DNA from: Octopus sinensis
Taxonomy: Eukaryota
Reading direction: 5' to 3'
Assembly (NCBI RefSeq): GCF_006345805.1
Contig: NC_043015.1
Span: 24,800,001-24,864,000 of the forward strand
Length of the DNA: 64,000 nucleotides
A program made the translations under genes and the position numbers. The notes under the pieces were generated by a model that ran no database searches, was not told the origin of the DNA, and worked only from the letters and a program-made list of their open reading frames with translations. Positions 1 to 14,537 of the stretch are shown in pieces; the first letter of the stretch is position 1; the number at the start of each line of letters is the position of its first letter.

Positions 1-3000
1 AGGCCAGCAACTTTGGGGGAGGGGATAAATTGATTACATCAGTGTTCAATTGATTCTTATCTTATTGACCCAAAAGAATAAAATGCAAAGTCAACCTCGG
101 TGGAATTAGAACTCACAACATACGGACTGATTGAATGCTGCTAAGCATTTCACCTGGTGTGCTAATGATTCTGCCAGCTTGCTACCTTTTTTATTCCTAA
201 TATTGAACCTCAATTGAAATCAATACTTAAATTAAACATAGTGATCAATATATCCCATATCTGGTGATCTGTTGGTTCCGTTGCCAAGATTTCTAATTTT
301 CATTGTGAATCTAGCAGAGTATCGGTATCATAGTTTCCATATTTCCACATTGTCTCTGCTAGTTTGAACATCCATTTCCAAATATTACAAATGATAACCC
401 TTATTTCACATCTGTATTATTTTAATCGTATGGAGGAGTCACTATGTGAATATTTGACCAATAAAGAATATCTGCCAAATTTTCTTCAGTTTTTACTCAT
501 AACCGTCTCAACACCTTTGCTACCATATTTCTGTTGAAATTCATTGTTTTTATTTTAATAAATTTTTAAGATAATGAAGAATTGTTTTGAAAAAACTTTG
601 TCATTAATTAATTTGGTGTTTGGAACATGAATTAACAAGATGGGAAGTTTTAATTTAGATCACTTTCAAACAGGAAGTTGGTTTCATTCTACCAGGATTA
701 GTCTTAAACAGTTTGGCATCAAAACATTTAGGCAAGTAAGTATGCGTTCATAATGGAGTCCTAGAAAACCCTAGCTGTAGTGGCCAGCATGATATGAACC
801 CTCTATCAATTACATCACTGCCAAATGTAATCTCTGTTTATTCACTTTCTTGTGGCTTTGAGATTTCAATGTGATCATTTATTCTTAGTATGACATTGTA
901 GGGTAAGTGTGAGAGGCTAGAAATGGCCAGTTTCAAGGCTAAAGGATTAGTTACAAGTTTATTCAACCATGATTGACTTTGGTTAAAGCACAATGACACT
1001 GTAAACATCCCCCACCCCAACACACCCAACCCCACTGCACGGGGCTTTATCCAGTCCAGTCTGCAATAAAAATGTGTTTCAAAGTTTGGCACAAACCACC
1101 AATTTGGCCGGGGGGGGGGGGAGAGGGATTGTCAGAGACATTTACCTGATCGGTACTTAATTATATCAAAAGTTTGAGATCACCTTGGCAGAATTTGAAT
1201 TCAGAATTTACTGAATTGGAAGAAATACCACTAAGCATTTCCTTTGATGCTCTACTGATTCTGCCAGTTGACTGCCTTAAACAAAAAGGATGACATAACA
1301 TCTGGATAGCAATAGCTATGACTTTCTGTCTGGACATTCTAGCATCCACCTACAAGCCATTGGTCTGATTCTACCACAGGCTCACCACACACTGCATGAC
1401 AACCACAACAGCCGATGAATGTCCAATTCCATTTGCACATTTACATTTGCACATGACCCCAGGGGATTACTGGGTCACAGTAAGAAATCCTAATAACTGC
1501 AATTAATTTTGTTCTCTTACACTCCTCAGTATGATCTCAAAACTGATGAGAGTTAGAGACTTTGGATAGGTCATGGTTGGAATATACTCGATTCTACTGG
1601 TAACCTCAATTAGAGCTGACCTGGAATTAAAAATAAGCAAACAAAAACAATGGGAACAGCTAGAAAGTGACCAAAGCTGTCTACATACTATTTGGTTCTA
1701 CTATAGTGTTAAATAGATATTAACAGATAGCAAGCAATTTACAGAGAAACATATCATTTCTATGACAATCGCTACAGCATATGAACTTTTCACCACCTTC
1801 TCCTCCTCCCTATTTCTATATCTATCTCCCCTCTTTCTCTCTCTTTCTCTCTCTTTTATTCTACTTTGTCATTTGACAGTTCAACATGTTACATTATTCA
1901 CACACAGGTATCCCTTTCTGGAATGACATCTCCCAAATTGACCACATTCTCAGCAATTTTCACCAATTTCTTCTAACACTGACATTAATAGGAATAGATT
2001 GCCCAAGACTGCACATTCCAATTTTAAAAACAACAGTAGTTTCTAACTAAACTCAACTCAAATGCATATACTGACCAAATAAGTTTTCCTTTCAATGTCA
2101 AATAGAAACAGCTTCCTCATATTTCACATATTTTCACACAAATACAATTATACTTTATTAATATTAATACGATTAAAATAATACAGATGTGAAATAAGGA
2201 TTATAATTTGTAATATTTGGAAATGGATGTTCAAACTAGCAGAGACAATGTGGAAATATGGAAACTGATAAAGGATAACATTGAGGTTGAAATGATTTGT
2301 ATGAAGGCAGCAAATGGCTGAGATGCAAGCTGGAGTTTGTATGTGAAGGCTGCAATTGGTTATATAAAAGATTGCAGTTAAATGAATGTCACAAATGGTT
2401 GAGTGAAGGTTTCAAATGACTGAGTGGGGTTTCAGTTTCATAAGTTAAGATAGGGGTTATTAGAATGTATGTTGCTGCAGGTTGAGTAAATTATTGTTGT
2501 TGATTTTTAAATGTAGACTGCAGTATACTGAATGAAGGTCATATCTGAAAGAATGGAAGCTGAATTTCTTTGTTTGAACATTACAGCTGAAGAAACCGAT
2601 GTCACATTTGGGGAAATAGAAAATATAGGTGACCATATTGAAGTCAGAATAAAAAAAACAGCAGTTACGTTTGACAGTGTGAAAGTCATAGCTGAAGAAA
2701 TAAAAGTCACATTTGATCAAATTGAAATGATAGGTTAGCAAAGTATAGCCATAGCAGTCTGTAGATAACATTTAGCAAAATGCATGCTGCAGCTAACCAA
2801 GGATAGGCCACATTTGATCAAATGCAGTGTGTGGATATCGAAAGGGAGGTCTGAGAAATCTGTAATTATGACAGCTGATTTTGTGCAACTCGCAGCTGAT
2901 GAAAATTTACTGCTCTATGCAAATATAATAATCAACAGAAACATATATTAATCATAAATGTTTTCTAAATTAGATAACTAACCTGAATTCATTTTAATGA

Positions 3001-4808
3001 ATGGGAATCCCATTGAGATTCTAGTTAAGACCATTGTATGTTTCTTGTATGTGACCAAATTGGAGTCAGAGTGATTTGTAGCTGCTTTAGATGACCATGG
3101 GAAGATCAGCGCTGATCAAATAAAAGTTGAAGCTATTTTGGAGGATTATTTCAGTTCCTTAGTTGAAGATTGTGAAGGACCATTCTAAAACAGCACTAGA
3201 GTGGAAAGAGCTAATGGCTAACCTCATATCACTGACATTTTTTTTGTGGCTTAGCATAGATTACTTAGCAATTAACAAGGAGCCATAAGCCCTCCTTAAA
3301 CAGCCCAACGTATCACCTCTTCAACTCTATATCTTCTTTCTCAATGCTGTCAATAATTCCTCTTCCTCGTTCCCCACCACTCTTCTCCTATCCTCCTCTT
3401 TTAGTTACCATTCTTCATCCTTCCACTTGGGACCATTGCAGACCCTCAATTCCTTTCTCATTTGGTTAGGGAGGTCACTTTAGAGTGTTAGGCCTTGTAA
3501 ATTATGAGGCTAACATTACAAGTGTTGGTGTCATGAGAAAATTCTTTGAGTACACTGTGTAAGGCAGATGGGGTCAGGGAGGGCATCCAGCCATAGAAAC
3601 CAGGGTCAAGTAGGTAGAGTGCATCCCCTTGTCAGACCTTGCCAAAGTGTGCAACCTGTGCCAGCATGGAAACCAGATATTAAATGATGATGACGATGAT
3701 GATGATGATATACAGTGCACTGCATAATAACAAAGGCTGCTGTATAGCATGCAATGGTAATGCATTGGACAAAAGAACACAAGTTTACAAATATTGGCTG
3801 CGTCAGATGATATATAAAGCAGACAACAACAGTGCTGCTTGTGTGGATATGTCCTGTCAATAGAAATGAGGCATGAACAACTGATGCAGGGGAAGGAGGG
3901 GGAACAGTATCAAATGGCATGGTGTTTGTGGCTGAGAAAGACAAAGGGATAAGATGTAAAATGAAGTGATGGTGGAAAAAAAGCTATCAGGCTCTGCTAC
4001 ATGTAGAAGTTATGGAGACAAAAGTCTGAGAGAAATGGCAAAATATAAAGTATGGCACAACTAGTCAACATCAATAAAACATGTCAATCATTGTTGATGA
4101 TGATGATGCTGGTAGAGATGATGATGAGGTGGTTAGTTAATAGGATGATGATAGTGATGATGATGATGATGTTGCAGTTGCTGCTACTGATGTCCATGCA
4201 ACCAATGCTGATGCTTCAGGTGCCACCGCAGCTGAAAGCAACAGACATAAAGAGGTGACTGAGTGTATAAGCATCAGCAGTAGAGAAATTTTACATGGAT
4301 GATGTATCTCTCTCTCTCTCTCTATCTCTATCTTATTTACTTATTTATTTACTTGTTTCAATCAATAGAATGTGGCCATGCTATATAATATATATATATA
4401 TATATATATAAAATGATTAAGGTGGCTAGATGCTATGCGAGTTCAAAAAGGAAATAATTCACCATCATTAAAAAGTGGCCAAGGGTGCATGGAGCACCAA
4501 CATTGCTAGGAATAAGAGCCAATGACACTTTAGCCACAAAAGCACAGTACTATGTACTGACAAGTGAGACAGCCTCTCCACAGAAAGTGAGGGCATTAGA
4601 CTGGCATGCCAATTTCACATGAAAATTTATGCTCATTAGTAATGCTTATTCCATTGAGGGCAGTGAAACTGAAATTTCACTTGTTGATGTTTATAGAATT
4701 TACTCTAGGAATCAGTGGTTGATTCCGCAAAATAGTAATGTGAAGATTATAAAATGATTAAGGTGGCTAGATGCAATTTTAGGCCAAACAGGAAATAATC
4801 CACCATCA

Positions 4809-4863
<55 letters not shown>

Positions 4864-4889
4864 ATGTATGTATATATGTATGTATATGT

Positions 4890-5170
4890 ATACATAGGAA
4901 GAGTTTATGAAGAAAAGAAAAGACGAAGACAAGTGGTGTACAAAACAAACAGATGTATTAGTATAACACTCAGGAATAGAAAAAGTCTTTTACGTTTCAA
5001 GCCTACGCTCTTCTACAGAAAGGGACACAGTAAAAAACAAGGAGAGAAACAAGGAGAGAAAAAAATGTGTGTAGTGGCTAATGATCTATCATGGCGACTG
5101 ACTGCCGGACAGAAAGGTCACACAAGAGAGCGAAGAAGTAGGGGAGATAACAAAGTAAAGATATGTATAT
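4890..5170 (-). mobile_element. Probable PLE 3'-terminal fragment
   Basis: Non-coding pyrimidine-rich tail carrying the hammerhead-like motif, flanked by (TA)/(TG) microsatellite. Confidence 0.4.
4985..5026 (-). ncRNA. Hammerhead-like motif, A6 replaced by U
   Basis: CTTT-CTGTAGA-A-GAGC-gtag-GCTT-GAA-ACGT-A-AAAG: 4-bp helix I, palindromic ACGT, GUA triplet. Confidence 0.5.
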
Positions 5171-6090
5171 ATAAATATATGGTAAAAAAAAGAATCTTGT
5201 TGAAGAGATTTTCCCACGTGATGAGTTGTAGTGAAAATACATTTATACACATTGTCAGCAGTATTACAGATCCATTTCAGACAAACTTGCCAATTAGTTT
5301 CACATTGGCAATTTGGTAACTGGATATTAGATGATAGATCAGTCAATTAACATCACATACTCTTCAGTGATGGCAGGTATGAGAAAACATGGCTCTGAAA
5401 ACAATATGGTGTTACTTAACCCTACTGTTATCTACATCCAGTTATGTAATATCCATACAGAAACCTGGTGCAGCTTCCCAGCTGTTCTCAAACAGACAAA
5501 CCCATACCAACATGGGAAAATGGATGATGAAGGATGATGATGGTGGTGATGATGGTGATGATGATAAAACCAATTGGTAAGTTTGACTGAAATGCATCTA
5601 TAATACTGTACACTTTGATTAATATCCCACTCTATTGACATATTTTTCTGACTTGTTGATTTCTTTTCAGACTATATATGAGTGTGTGTGTGTGTGAGTG
5701 TGTGTGTGTGTGTGTGAGTGAGTATGCATACACACTAATAAATGTATAATCATACACACACATATATATTCATGTATGTATGTGTGTATGTATGGCTGCA
5801 TGCATGTGTTAACACTTGTTGAGCAGAGCAGTATTTTAAACTTCAGACAGTCTCCAACAGCTCAGATGCTGAGTGTGTTAAGATGTCTCTCCAACATTTA
5901 CAGCAACAATTCTTTCATTCTGGTTATCTCATTTACTTTTACTCAGTTCCATATTATTTATTGAAATTCTATTTTTAATCTATACATTCTTTAATATGTA
6001 CATTTGTGTGTACATATGCATACATATATATATGTATATCTGAATAAATATGTATATTTATGTATTTATGTGTGTGTGTGTGTGTAATTT

Positions 6091-6144
<54 letters not shown>

Positions 6145-6679
6145 TACATACATGTATGTATATGTATATATGTATACATACATGTATGTATGCATATAAA
6201 CATTTTCAATTGTACTTCTTAATACACCATTCTTTTCTGTTATTCTGAATGTTATGTTGTGCCATTTTTTCGTGAGAGCCATTTTCTGATATTTTTTGCT
6301 TGCTTTTTGTTACATTAATTTCTTCATATCGGATATAAATAAATAAATGAATAAATAAATACAATATTGAACAACGTTTTATGAAATTAAAATAAAATTT
6401 TTACTTCATTTCAAAGGTGTTTTTTTAGTGAAGTAGATTTATGTTGCCATTCTTCATTGCACTTGTTCACCTCTCTTGTAGAATAGTCATGCAATACAGA
6501 GACAAACCCACACACAAACATATAAATATACATATAATATATATCCTTATATACAGACTCACATATGTATGTACATATATTTTTATGTAATATATACACA
6601 CAAATCTATGCATATAAACATGTTCATATGAATACACGTATATATACATATATACAATTCATTATGCACAAGCACACAC

Positions 6680-6750
<71 letters not shown>

Positions 6751-7334
6751 TATATACACACCCACAAACTTATATAATAAGTGAGGGTGTATTTGTAAAT
6801 TATTACAGTATCTTGTAATCATTGTCTTATATATATATATCAATATCTCTCCCTCTCTGTACACACGTATGTGTGTGTGTGTGTGTGCGTGCAGGTTTGT
6901 TTATACATACACACATGTGTGTGTGTGAGTGAGTGAGTGTCTTTAACGAAAAATCAAAATGAAACTTGGCTATGTATACATGTATATAGAAAAATATACG
7001 GTATACATAGATACAAACATATGAATGTAATTTTATGAATATGGCTATGTTTGTATACGTATATCCATACATACACACACACACACGCCTGTGTGTATAG
7101 ATATATATGATAATTTCCAAATACACACATGCCCATACGCATTGAAACTTTCATACTTACACTCATAAAAGCCTCACACACATTTACATACCTATGTGTA
7201 TATATGTCGTAAATTACCTGCAGACATCTATAATCATATTTGTAGAAGCACAGTCATTATTTCCCACTGGCAAACAATGAATATTATTTCAGGTAGTTTC
7301 CATTTTTTATGAATAACATATCATTTCAGGAGCT

Positions 7335-8060
7335 CTTTACACACACACACACACACGTTCATGCATATGTACATTCATACTGAGTCACATGTAGTTACAC
7401 TAGTATAAAAAAACCATGTTCACATGCACACACATACACACAATGACATCAACATATATACAGACACACACACAATCACACAAATATAAAAAAACAATGC
7501 ACACACATGCACGCAAACATAAAATGACATCAGTGAAGCAAATAAACACACATATGAAGCACACACACACATATGTATATACATACACAACCAGCTGAGC
7601 AAACATACATACAGAGATAGTGAGACAGGCACAACCATACAAATGGAGAAACATACACACATATGCATACACAAAGAACACACTAAGAAATGAATTACAG
7701 CCAAATACACATACACACACACAAAGTCACACTCTTGTATAAACACACACACACACACATAAGCATATAGACAAACACAGATACACACATACACATACAT
7801 GCACAAGCTTGTATAAACACACACACACAAATTCACGGACACACACACACACACACGCACAAGCACACAGACACACGCATAGATACACAGACACACACAA
7901 ACACACACACAGATGAATACATGGACGTACAGGTAGACTCACACAGTCACACACACAGATACATGGACACACACAAACACAGATAAATACATGAACAGAC
8001 AAGCACACATACACATGCACACACATATAAAACAAACATTTATATATAAAACAATATATA
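7335..8060. repeat. Degenerate (CA)n-rich tract
   Basis: Direct inspection. Confidence 0.85.
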
Positions 8061-8098
8061 AAACAAACATCTATATTTTCAAAAATTTCGAAACTGTC

Positions 8099-8437
8099 CT
8101 GGCTGTGTGATTAAGAAGTTGGCTTTGCAACCACAGGTTTCCAGGTTCAGTTCCACTGCATGATACCTTGAGCAAGTGTCTGCTACTACATCCCCAGGCC
8201 AACAAGTCTTGTAAGTGAATCTGGCAGATAGAAACTGTACGGAAGCTCATCATATATGTGTGTGTGTCCACCCCATTACTTCACAACAGGTGTTGGTTTG
8301 CTTATGTCCCTGTAACTTAGCAGTTCAACAAATGATTCAGATTGAATAGGAAACAGACACAAAATACAACTTATTCAACTAAACCCTTACAAGGTTTTGC
8401 ACCAGCATGGCCACAATGACTGGAATAAGATAAAAAA
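8099..8437 (+). mobile_element. Older family B SINE
   Basis: ggctgtgtgattaag...ccttgagcaagtgtc...ccagcatggccaca. Confidence 0.7.
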
Positions 8438-9212
8438 CAACATACACCCATCGCCATCAAAATCAATTAAAAATACTATCAACTTTGACATTTCAGAATT
8501 TTATTTCCCTAATTTTGGCAAATTCTTTCTTCCACTGATTTTGCCTATTTCTCTTTTTTTTCCGTTGGTTCTCGGTTGTTTTGTAAATCTTGTCTTTATT
8601 TTTTCTTAACACATTTTATTTATTCAATTACATTTTGAATTTGTGTGTCTCTCTATTTGAGATATGTGATATATCTTTTGAAACTGTGTCTATTGCAAAA
8701 GTAATTATTCACTTTTCCCCACTGTCAAACAATACCTTCGTTCGTAAATTTCATTTGTTATTTTAACTTTCAAAAATACTTTTTTTCCTTTCTTCCTCTT
8801 TTTTCTTCTTCCCTTTCTTCCTGTCTGTCTTCTTCACTTTCCTCATCATGTCTTTCTCCAATGTTGCCTTTTTGTTTTTCCTATCTCTGAATATATATAT
8901 AACTTCAGTTTCTCTGTTAAAGAATATTTTTTCTCCACATGAAATTATGTACAAATAAATCTTCACATTTACTTTCTCTAGAACAGAGAAGTATTTCATG
9001 GCCAAATTCAAGACTTTAGATTCCATCCCCAAGTAGTAGGTAGACTTGACTTAACATCAAATATTTACCACATACAAGACTCCTATAAGGCAATACACAC
9101 ACACGCACACACATTATAACACACACATGCATCTTGTTTGTTTGATGCAGGTGGCATGTAAAAGCACCTAGCATGGAAAGTGGACATGAAACAATGATGA
9201 TGTATATATATA

Positions 9213-10205
9213 TACTAGCATTATGACCCATCACTGCCGGGTCATAGTGCTAGTGCATGTATATATGTGTATATATATGTGTACATATTACATGTACATC
9301 TATATATATACATCTACACATAAAATACAAAATACAAAGTTATATCTTCATATCACTAGTGATAACAATACTCAAAATATATAAGAGGCTGGAATTGCAA
9401 TTTTGATCAATTGTATCTTGTCCTCCCTCTTGTATAGAAGTGTGGCTACAATCCAGCCTACCTCCACTGCTGGGGGGGGGGGGCATTTAAAATTTTTATC
9501 CGGGACGTTCTACGTCCCAGATATAAAGGTAAAAATAAAATATTTCCACTTTGCAAGTTTCAGTCGAGTACTCCCTTGCACGCTCCGTTGACTCGAACCT
9601 TGCTTCTATTGTGGCAAATTTACCGCCTCTGTTTAGATATCTTTCATAGTCGCACCAAGACACTTTTCAATGGTGCTTTCTTCCAGGTGTTCAAATCTTT
9701 TTTCTCTACATTGTATACTTTATAGACAATAGTCTTTCTTTAATTTAATTTTTATTATCCATCTGGACTATTCCATTTCTGCACGCTAATTTTATTTTTA
9801 ATTATTCCCATTCATGTGAAACCACTTATTCAAGTTCAAGTCATTGATGCAATTTTATACCAATTGCTATTTTTACTTTTGTTATGTTACGATTATATTA
9901 TACTTTAGTTTGATTTTAATTATTACTTACTACATATAATTCAATTGTTATTATTATTTAAAATAGAGAAATGTTTTTGTTTCACTTTTAAAACGTAATA
10001 CTGAAATAGTGGAGAAGATATGATATTGGTATGGGCTGGCTCTAGGCAAGAAGTTGAACATTTTTTTTGCCCATGAAACTACATGGACCCTAAGTAAGGC
10101 ATGTGTAAAATTTGAATGAAATTGGTTGTGTAGTTCTCAAGTTTTAGGGAAACACACAGACAGACAGACAGACAGACACACATTCTCAGTTTTATATATA
10201 TAGAG
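9213..10205 (+). mobile_element. Helentron/HINE-like non-autonomous element
   Basis: 5' hairpin CTAGCATTATGACCC-9nt-GGGTCATAGTGCTAG (9215-9253); 3' aaatttgaatgaaattgg...(GACA)n...ttttatatatataga. Confidence 0.5.
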
Positions 10206-10475
10206 ATATACATATATGTTGAACATTGAGAATGAGTGAGCCACACTGCATTGGTGGATAAAATTTCTTTATTAAGGCTGCCATTAGTTTCATGTTAAGA
10301 AAAATATCTTAATATCTGAACAATTTTCAAGCTGGTCACTCAGAAGAATGGTGCTTGTCTCATTTCAGACAAGAGACTAGTACAGCTTACTAGTCAAAGC
10401 ATCTAACCAATGCCAGCATGGAAAGCAGGTGCAAAATTATGATGATGATGATATATGTATATATATGTATGTATG

Positions 10476-10702
10476 TATTAAAAATGGGGAAGACCAATTT
10501 ATGAGATTACTATAAGTTTCCTTTCCCATCAATAAAGGGTTTAGCTTTATGGCGTATCTCAAAAACCTGTTAGCCCATGACATTTTTTAAGTAGTCACAG
10601 GCCAACAAGTTCTTGGGATCTGACGATATGCCATAAAGCTAAATCCTTAATGGACAGGAAACCTAAGGTGCACCCATAAATCAGCCTTCCCCATTTTTAA
10701 TA
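10476..10702. mobile_element. Palindromic MITE
   Basis: Termini tattaaaaatggggaag / cttccccatttttaata, with inverted similarity continuing to the centre (tttagctttatggc / gccataaagctaaa); TA flanks. Confidence 0.75.
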
Positions 10703-10763
10703 TATACTGCTTCTTCTTTCGGATTTATTTTGTTCTCTACAAACGATACATACATATATTAAT

Positions 10764-10841
<78 letters not shown>

Positions 10842-10863
10842 TATTTTTTATAAGCTTAAAGCT

Positions 10864-11056
10864 TATAGTGATCACCATGCAAATGACTAAGGAAAATAGT
10901 CTAATAAACAGGCACATAAGCCCTCGACAGAAAAAATGCAGGCTTTCCCATACATGTGTGATGAATCTGCCTGCTTTTTTCTGTCTAATTTACATGCCTA
11001 CATTTTTCTGTCAAGGGCCATTATTTCCCTTAGTCATTTGCATGCTGATCGCTCTA
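10864..11056. mobile_element. Palindromic MITE
   Basis: tatagtgatcaccatgcaaatgactaaggaaaata vs tatttcccttagtcatttgcatgctgatcgctcta. Confidence 0.7.
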
Positions 11057-11631
11057 ATCTTATAAAAGAATACCATTATTATTATTTACAGAATTTAAAA
11101 ACTTGACAGCACTTAACAAAGCCATTCACACCGAAACATACATACATACATACATATATATGTATACATATACATATATATATATAAGAAAGATGACAAA
11201 GGAATAAATGATTATCTTATGAACTTCATTAGCCTACAGCTGTTTCTGCTCTAAGATGCAGTGAACTCATAGTTTAGCACCTGAATAATACCTTATAACT
11301 TCTTTGGAGCCTTGAATTTGAATTGCAATTTATTTGTGCTTATATAGAGGAACAGCATCAACAACGAGAAAGGTCAATGAAGATGTATAATGTGTACTTC
11401 ATATGTACTTGCTAAATTTGTTCTCCTGTTCTGCATCCATTTGCAAATGGCTGACTGAACACACAACAACATCAAGGTCACACGTGGGTGCACTCACTGC
11501 ACCTATTACATTGCCCTCTATCGACTCCAGATCCAAATCCAAACAAATTAAAGTTTCCAAGTCAGATGAAGAATAAATAATATCAACAAATGTATATTAC
11601 CCCCACCCCAACTCACACACACACATAGACA

Positions 11632-12020
11632 CAGGCATGGGTGTGTTGTAGAGAATTTGCTACCCAACCACGTGGTCCCAGATTCAGTCACATTGTATGG
11701 CATCCTAGGTAAGAGTCTTCTCCTGTAGCCTCAACCTAGAACCTTGAGATTGGATTTCATTGATGGAAACTGAAAGAAGCCCATCATGTATATATTTATA
11801 TGTGCTTGCTGTGTGTCTGTGCTTGTCTGCCACCACTGCTTAATAACCAGTGTTGGTTTATTTATGGTCGCTGTAATTTAGCATTTTGGTGAAAGAATAA
11901 TTACCAGGCTAAGAAAAAGTAGAAAATAAGCACTGAGGTTGATTTGTTTGACTAAAATTCTTCAAGGTAATGTGCTCCAGCATGGCAACAGTCTAGTGAC
12001 TGAAATAAGTGAAAGACAAA
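11632..12020 (+). mobile_element. Older family B SINE (further partial copies at about 36260-36430, 41395-41550, 48780-48870, 56495-56645, all minus)
   Basis: Same head, core and tail blocks. Confidence 0.7.
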
Positions 12021-12069
12021 AGATACATAATTACATAAATACACACACACTCACACACACACACATATA

Positions 12070-12940
12070 CTAGCTAGTGTACCCAGTAATTCCCAGGGGT
12101 AAAGATATTCTATTGAAACACCTTATTACTCTGAAACAAGAAAACAATTTCGTTACAGCTGCCACAAAACGTGTATTTTCCATCATGAAAAAGTACAAAA
12201 ATCTGTCAGCTGGAGGAGAGACAGATTGTTGGAGGTTGGTGAGAGAGGTTTTTGGAGGTTGTTGAGAAAGATTGTCAGAGGTTTGTGAGAGACAAAGACA
12301 TTATTCTGCTTAGCAAAGGCATCTGGAAATGTATAACTGCTGTCAGTCACAGCAAAACTATTGTTTTACTCTGAGAAAAGCGCTGTTGAAGTGTTAAGTG
12401 AAATTTGGCAATCAAGGATTGAATCCATGCTATGCCTGCATGAAGCCACTACAAATATGTTGTGGAATAAAAAATTTATCTACTGTCATGAAAAAAGTGT
12501 AACTGAAAAATGCAGAATTATTGGAGTAATGGGCATTCAAAAAAGTATGTATGAATGAAGTCTTTAAGGTTTAAGATTCAAATTAAGGAGGTGCAATAAT
12601 AATGTTTAGCAGTTCAAAACCGTGAGTAGTGAAATGCAGAATTAGGTCGGCTGATCATGAGATTCAAATATTTATTGCTTTGCTAAAATCTGCAGGTGGT
12701 ACTTGTTATTTCCCTTAGGTTGTTTAAATAAAATATTAGTAATATGTAGTAGATAGAAGGATCCATTGGAAGTACCCTATTATCGATTTTTTTCAACAAT
12801 CTAAGTACGTCACGAGGTATCTAGACAGGAATTCTACTCACGTGCCAAGTTTCATCAAAATCAATAAAATTATGTAGGAGGAGTTAGCTAACAATGCCAC
12901 AAACAAACACACACCGATTTTCCAAATATGCAGTATATAT
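12070..12940 (+). mobile_element. Helentron/HINE-like non-autonomous element
   Basis: Starts tactagctagtgtaccc; ends gtgccaagtttcatcaaaatc...caaacaaacacac. Confidence 0.4.
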
Positions 12941-12943
12941 GTA

Positions 12944-12991
<48 letters not shown>

Positions 12992-13163
12992 GTACTGGTA
13001 TCCAGATGACCTAAGGTGGCAGGCAACACTATGTAAGTGCTATGGAAGGACCGTAGTTAAACTCTCGGTTACATAATAGTATGAGTGAGGAGTCTAATGC
13101 AGGTCTTGTATGAGCATGTATATAGTGAACTCTACTATTGCCCTCTATTTAACCACCTCATAT

Positions 13164-13212
13164 CATCTCTGATGAAATGATATCCCTAATATCCCAGAAA
13201 CAGCTGTAAGTC
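13164..13212 (+). ncRNA. Hammerhead-like motif, canonical core, partly decayed helices
   Basis: catct-CTGATGA-aatGATAT-cccta-ATATCcca-GAA-ACAGCTGT-A-ag: 8-nt palindrome in helix III and GUA triplet; helix I only 2 bp. Confidence 0.55.
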
Positions 13213-13992
13213 TAACTATCTCTTTATAAATCTCCTGAAAATTCACACAGCTTTGGCTTTGTTGTCTCATTTTATTTAACACACACACACACACATGCAC
13301 ACATACACACATGTATATATACTTACAAACATATATGTAGATACTGACATGTATATGTATATATATTTATGCATATATGGGTACAGGACGTCACAAAACA
13401 TTTGACTCTTTTCTGTACAGTTCTCTCCCTCTCTCTTCTTTTCTCTAATTCTGTTTTCTCCCTTTCACCATTTTCTACCTGTCCCTCTTTCTCTTTCTCT
13501 CTCACTCTTCCTCTTTTACTCTTTCATTGCTCACATGTGACCATCGTCCATCTTTTTTTCCACAACTGCTCATCTTTCTTTCCTTCCGGTCTGTTACACA
13601 GACCAGAGGTATTCTTGTCTGTCTCCTCTCCTGTGAAAGAATGTTTCTCAGTGTTTGCCACCTTACTCTGTCTGGCTTAGCAGCCCTCACCTTTTGTTTC
13701 ACTGTCCTGATTTTGTTACCAACTTTAACCCTCTGTAAAATTCCACATTTTATTTTGGTTTGCAGGAGGAACTGCTTTCCCGATGGCACATATTGTCATG
13801 AATTGCTCGAAATGTGGAGTAGATAAACAACCAACAACTGATGAAGGGTCGTTCTTTATGTTACTTTTCTTGTTCTCCATTTGTTTCTCTTGTTGTTCTC
13901 AAAAAATCAGTTTGTCTTCATATTTCATGTTGTTTTTGTTTTGTGACTTCTTATACTCATATATGCATATTTATATATCTCTTTCTGTTTTA

Positions 13993-14374
13993 TTTGTTTC
14001 AGTCATTTGACTGCGGCCATGCTGGAGCCCCGCCTTTAGTCGAGCAAATCGACCCCGGGACTTATTCTTTGTAAGCCCAGTACTTATTCTATTGGTCTAT
14101 TGTGCCGAACTGCTAAGTGACGGGGACGTAAACACACCAGCATCAGTTGTCAAGCAATGCTAGGGGGACACACACACACACACACACATACATACACATA
14201 TATATATATATATATACGACAGGCTTCTTTCAGTTTCCGTCTACCAAATCCACTCACAAGGCATTGGCCGGCCCAGGGCTATAGCAGAAGACACTTGCCC
14301 AAGATGCCACACAGTGGGAATGAACCCAGAACCATGTGGTTGGTTAGCAAGCTACTTACCGCACAGCCACTCCT
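13993..14374 (-). mobile_element. Full-length tRNA-derived SINE (family B; CORE-like ttgggcaagtg block, internal (TA)/(TG))
   Basis: Head aggagtggctgtgcggtaag (A box), ggttcattccc (B box); 3' gcatggccgcagtcaaatgactgaaac. Confidence 0.85.
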
Positions 14375-14472
14375 GACATATATATGTCAGTATGTACATA
14401 TATGTATATAAGCCTACATATATATTTTATTTATATTATTTGAGTGAACACCACACACCTATTTCCAAGTAA

Positions 14473-14537
<65 letters not shown>

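Noticed and set aside
8763-9032. Lys-rich 89-aa minus ORF
   Set aside because: Compositional purine bias; no recognisable domain.
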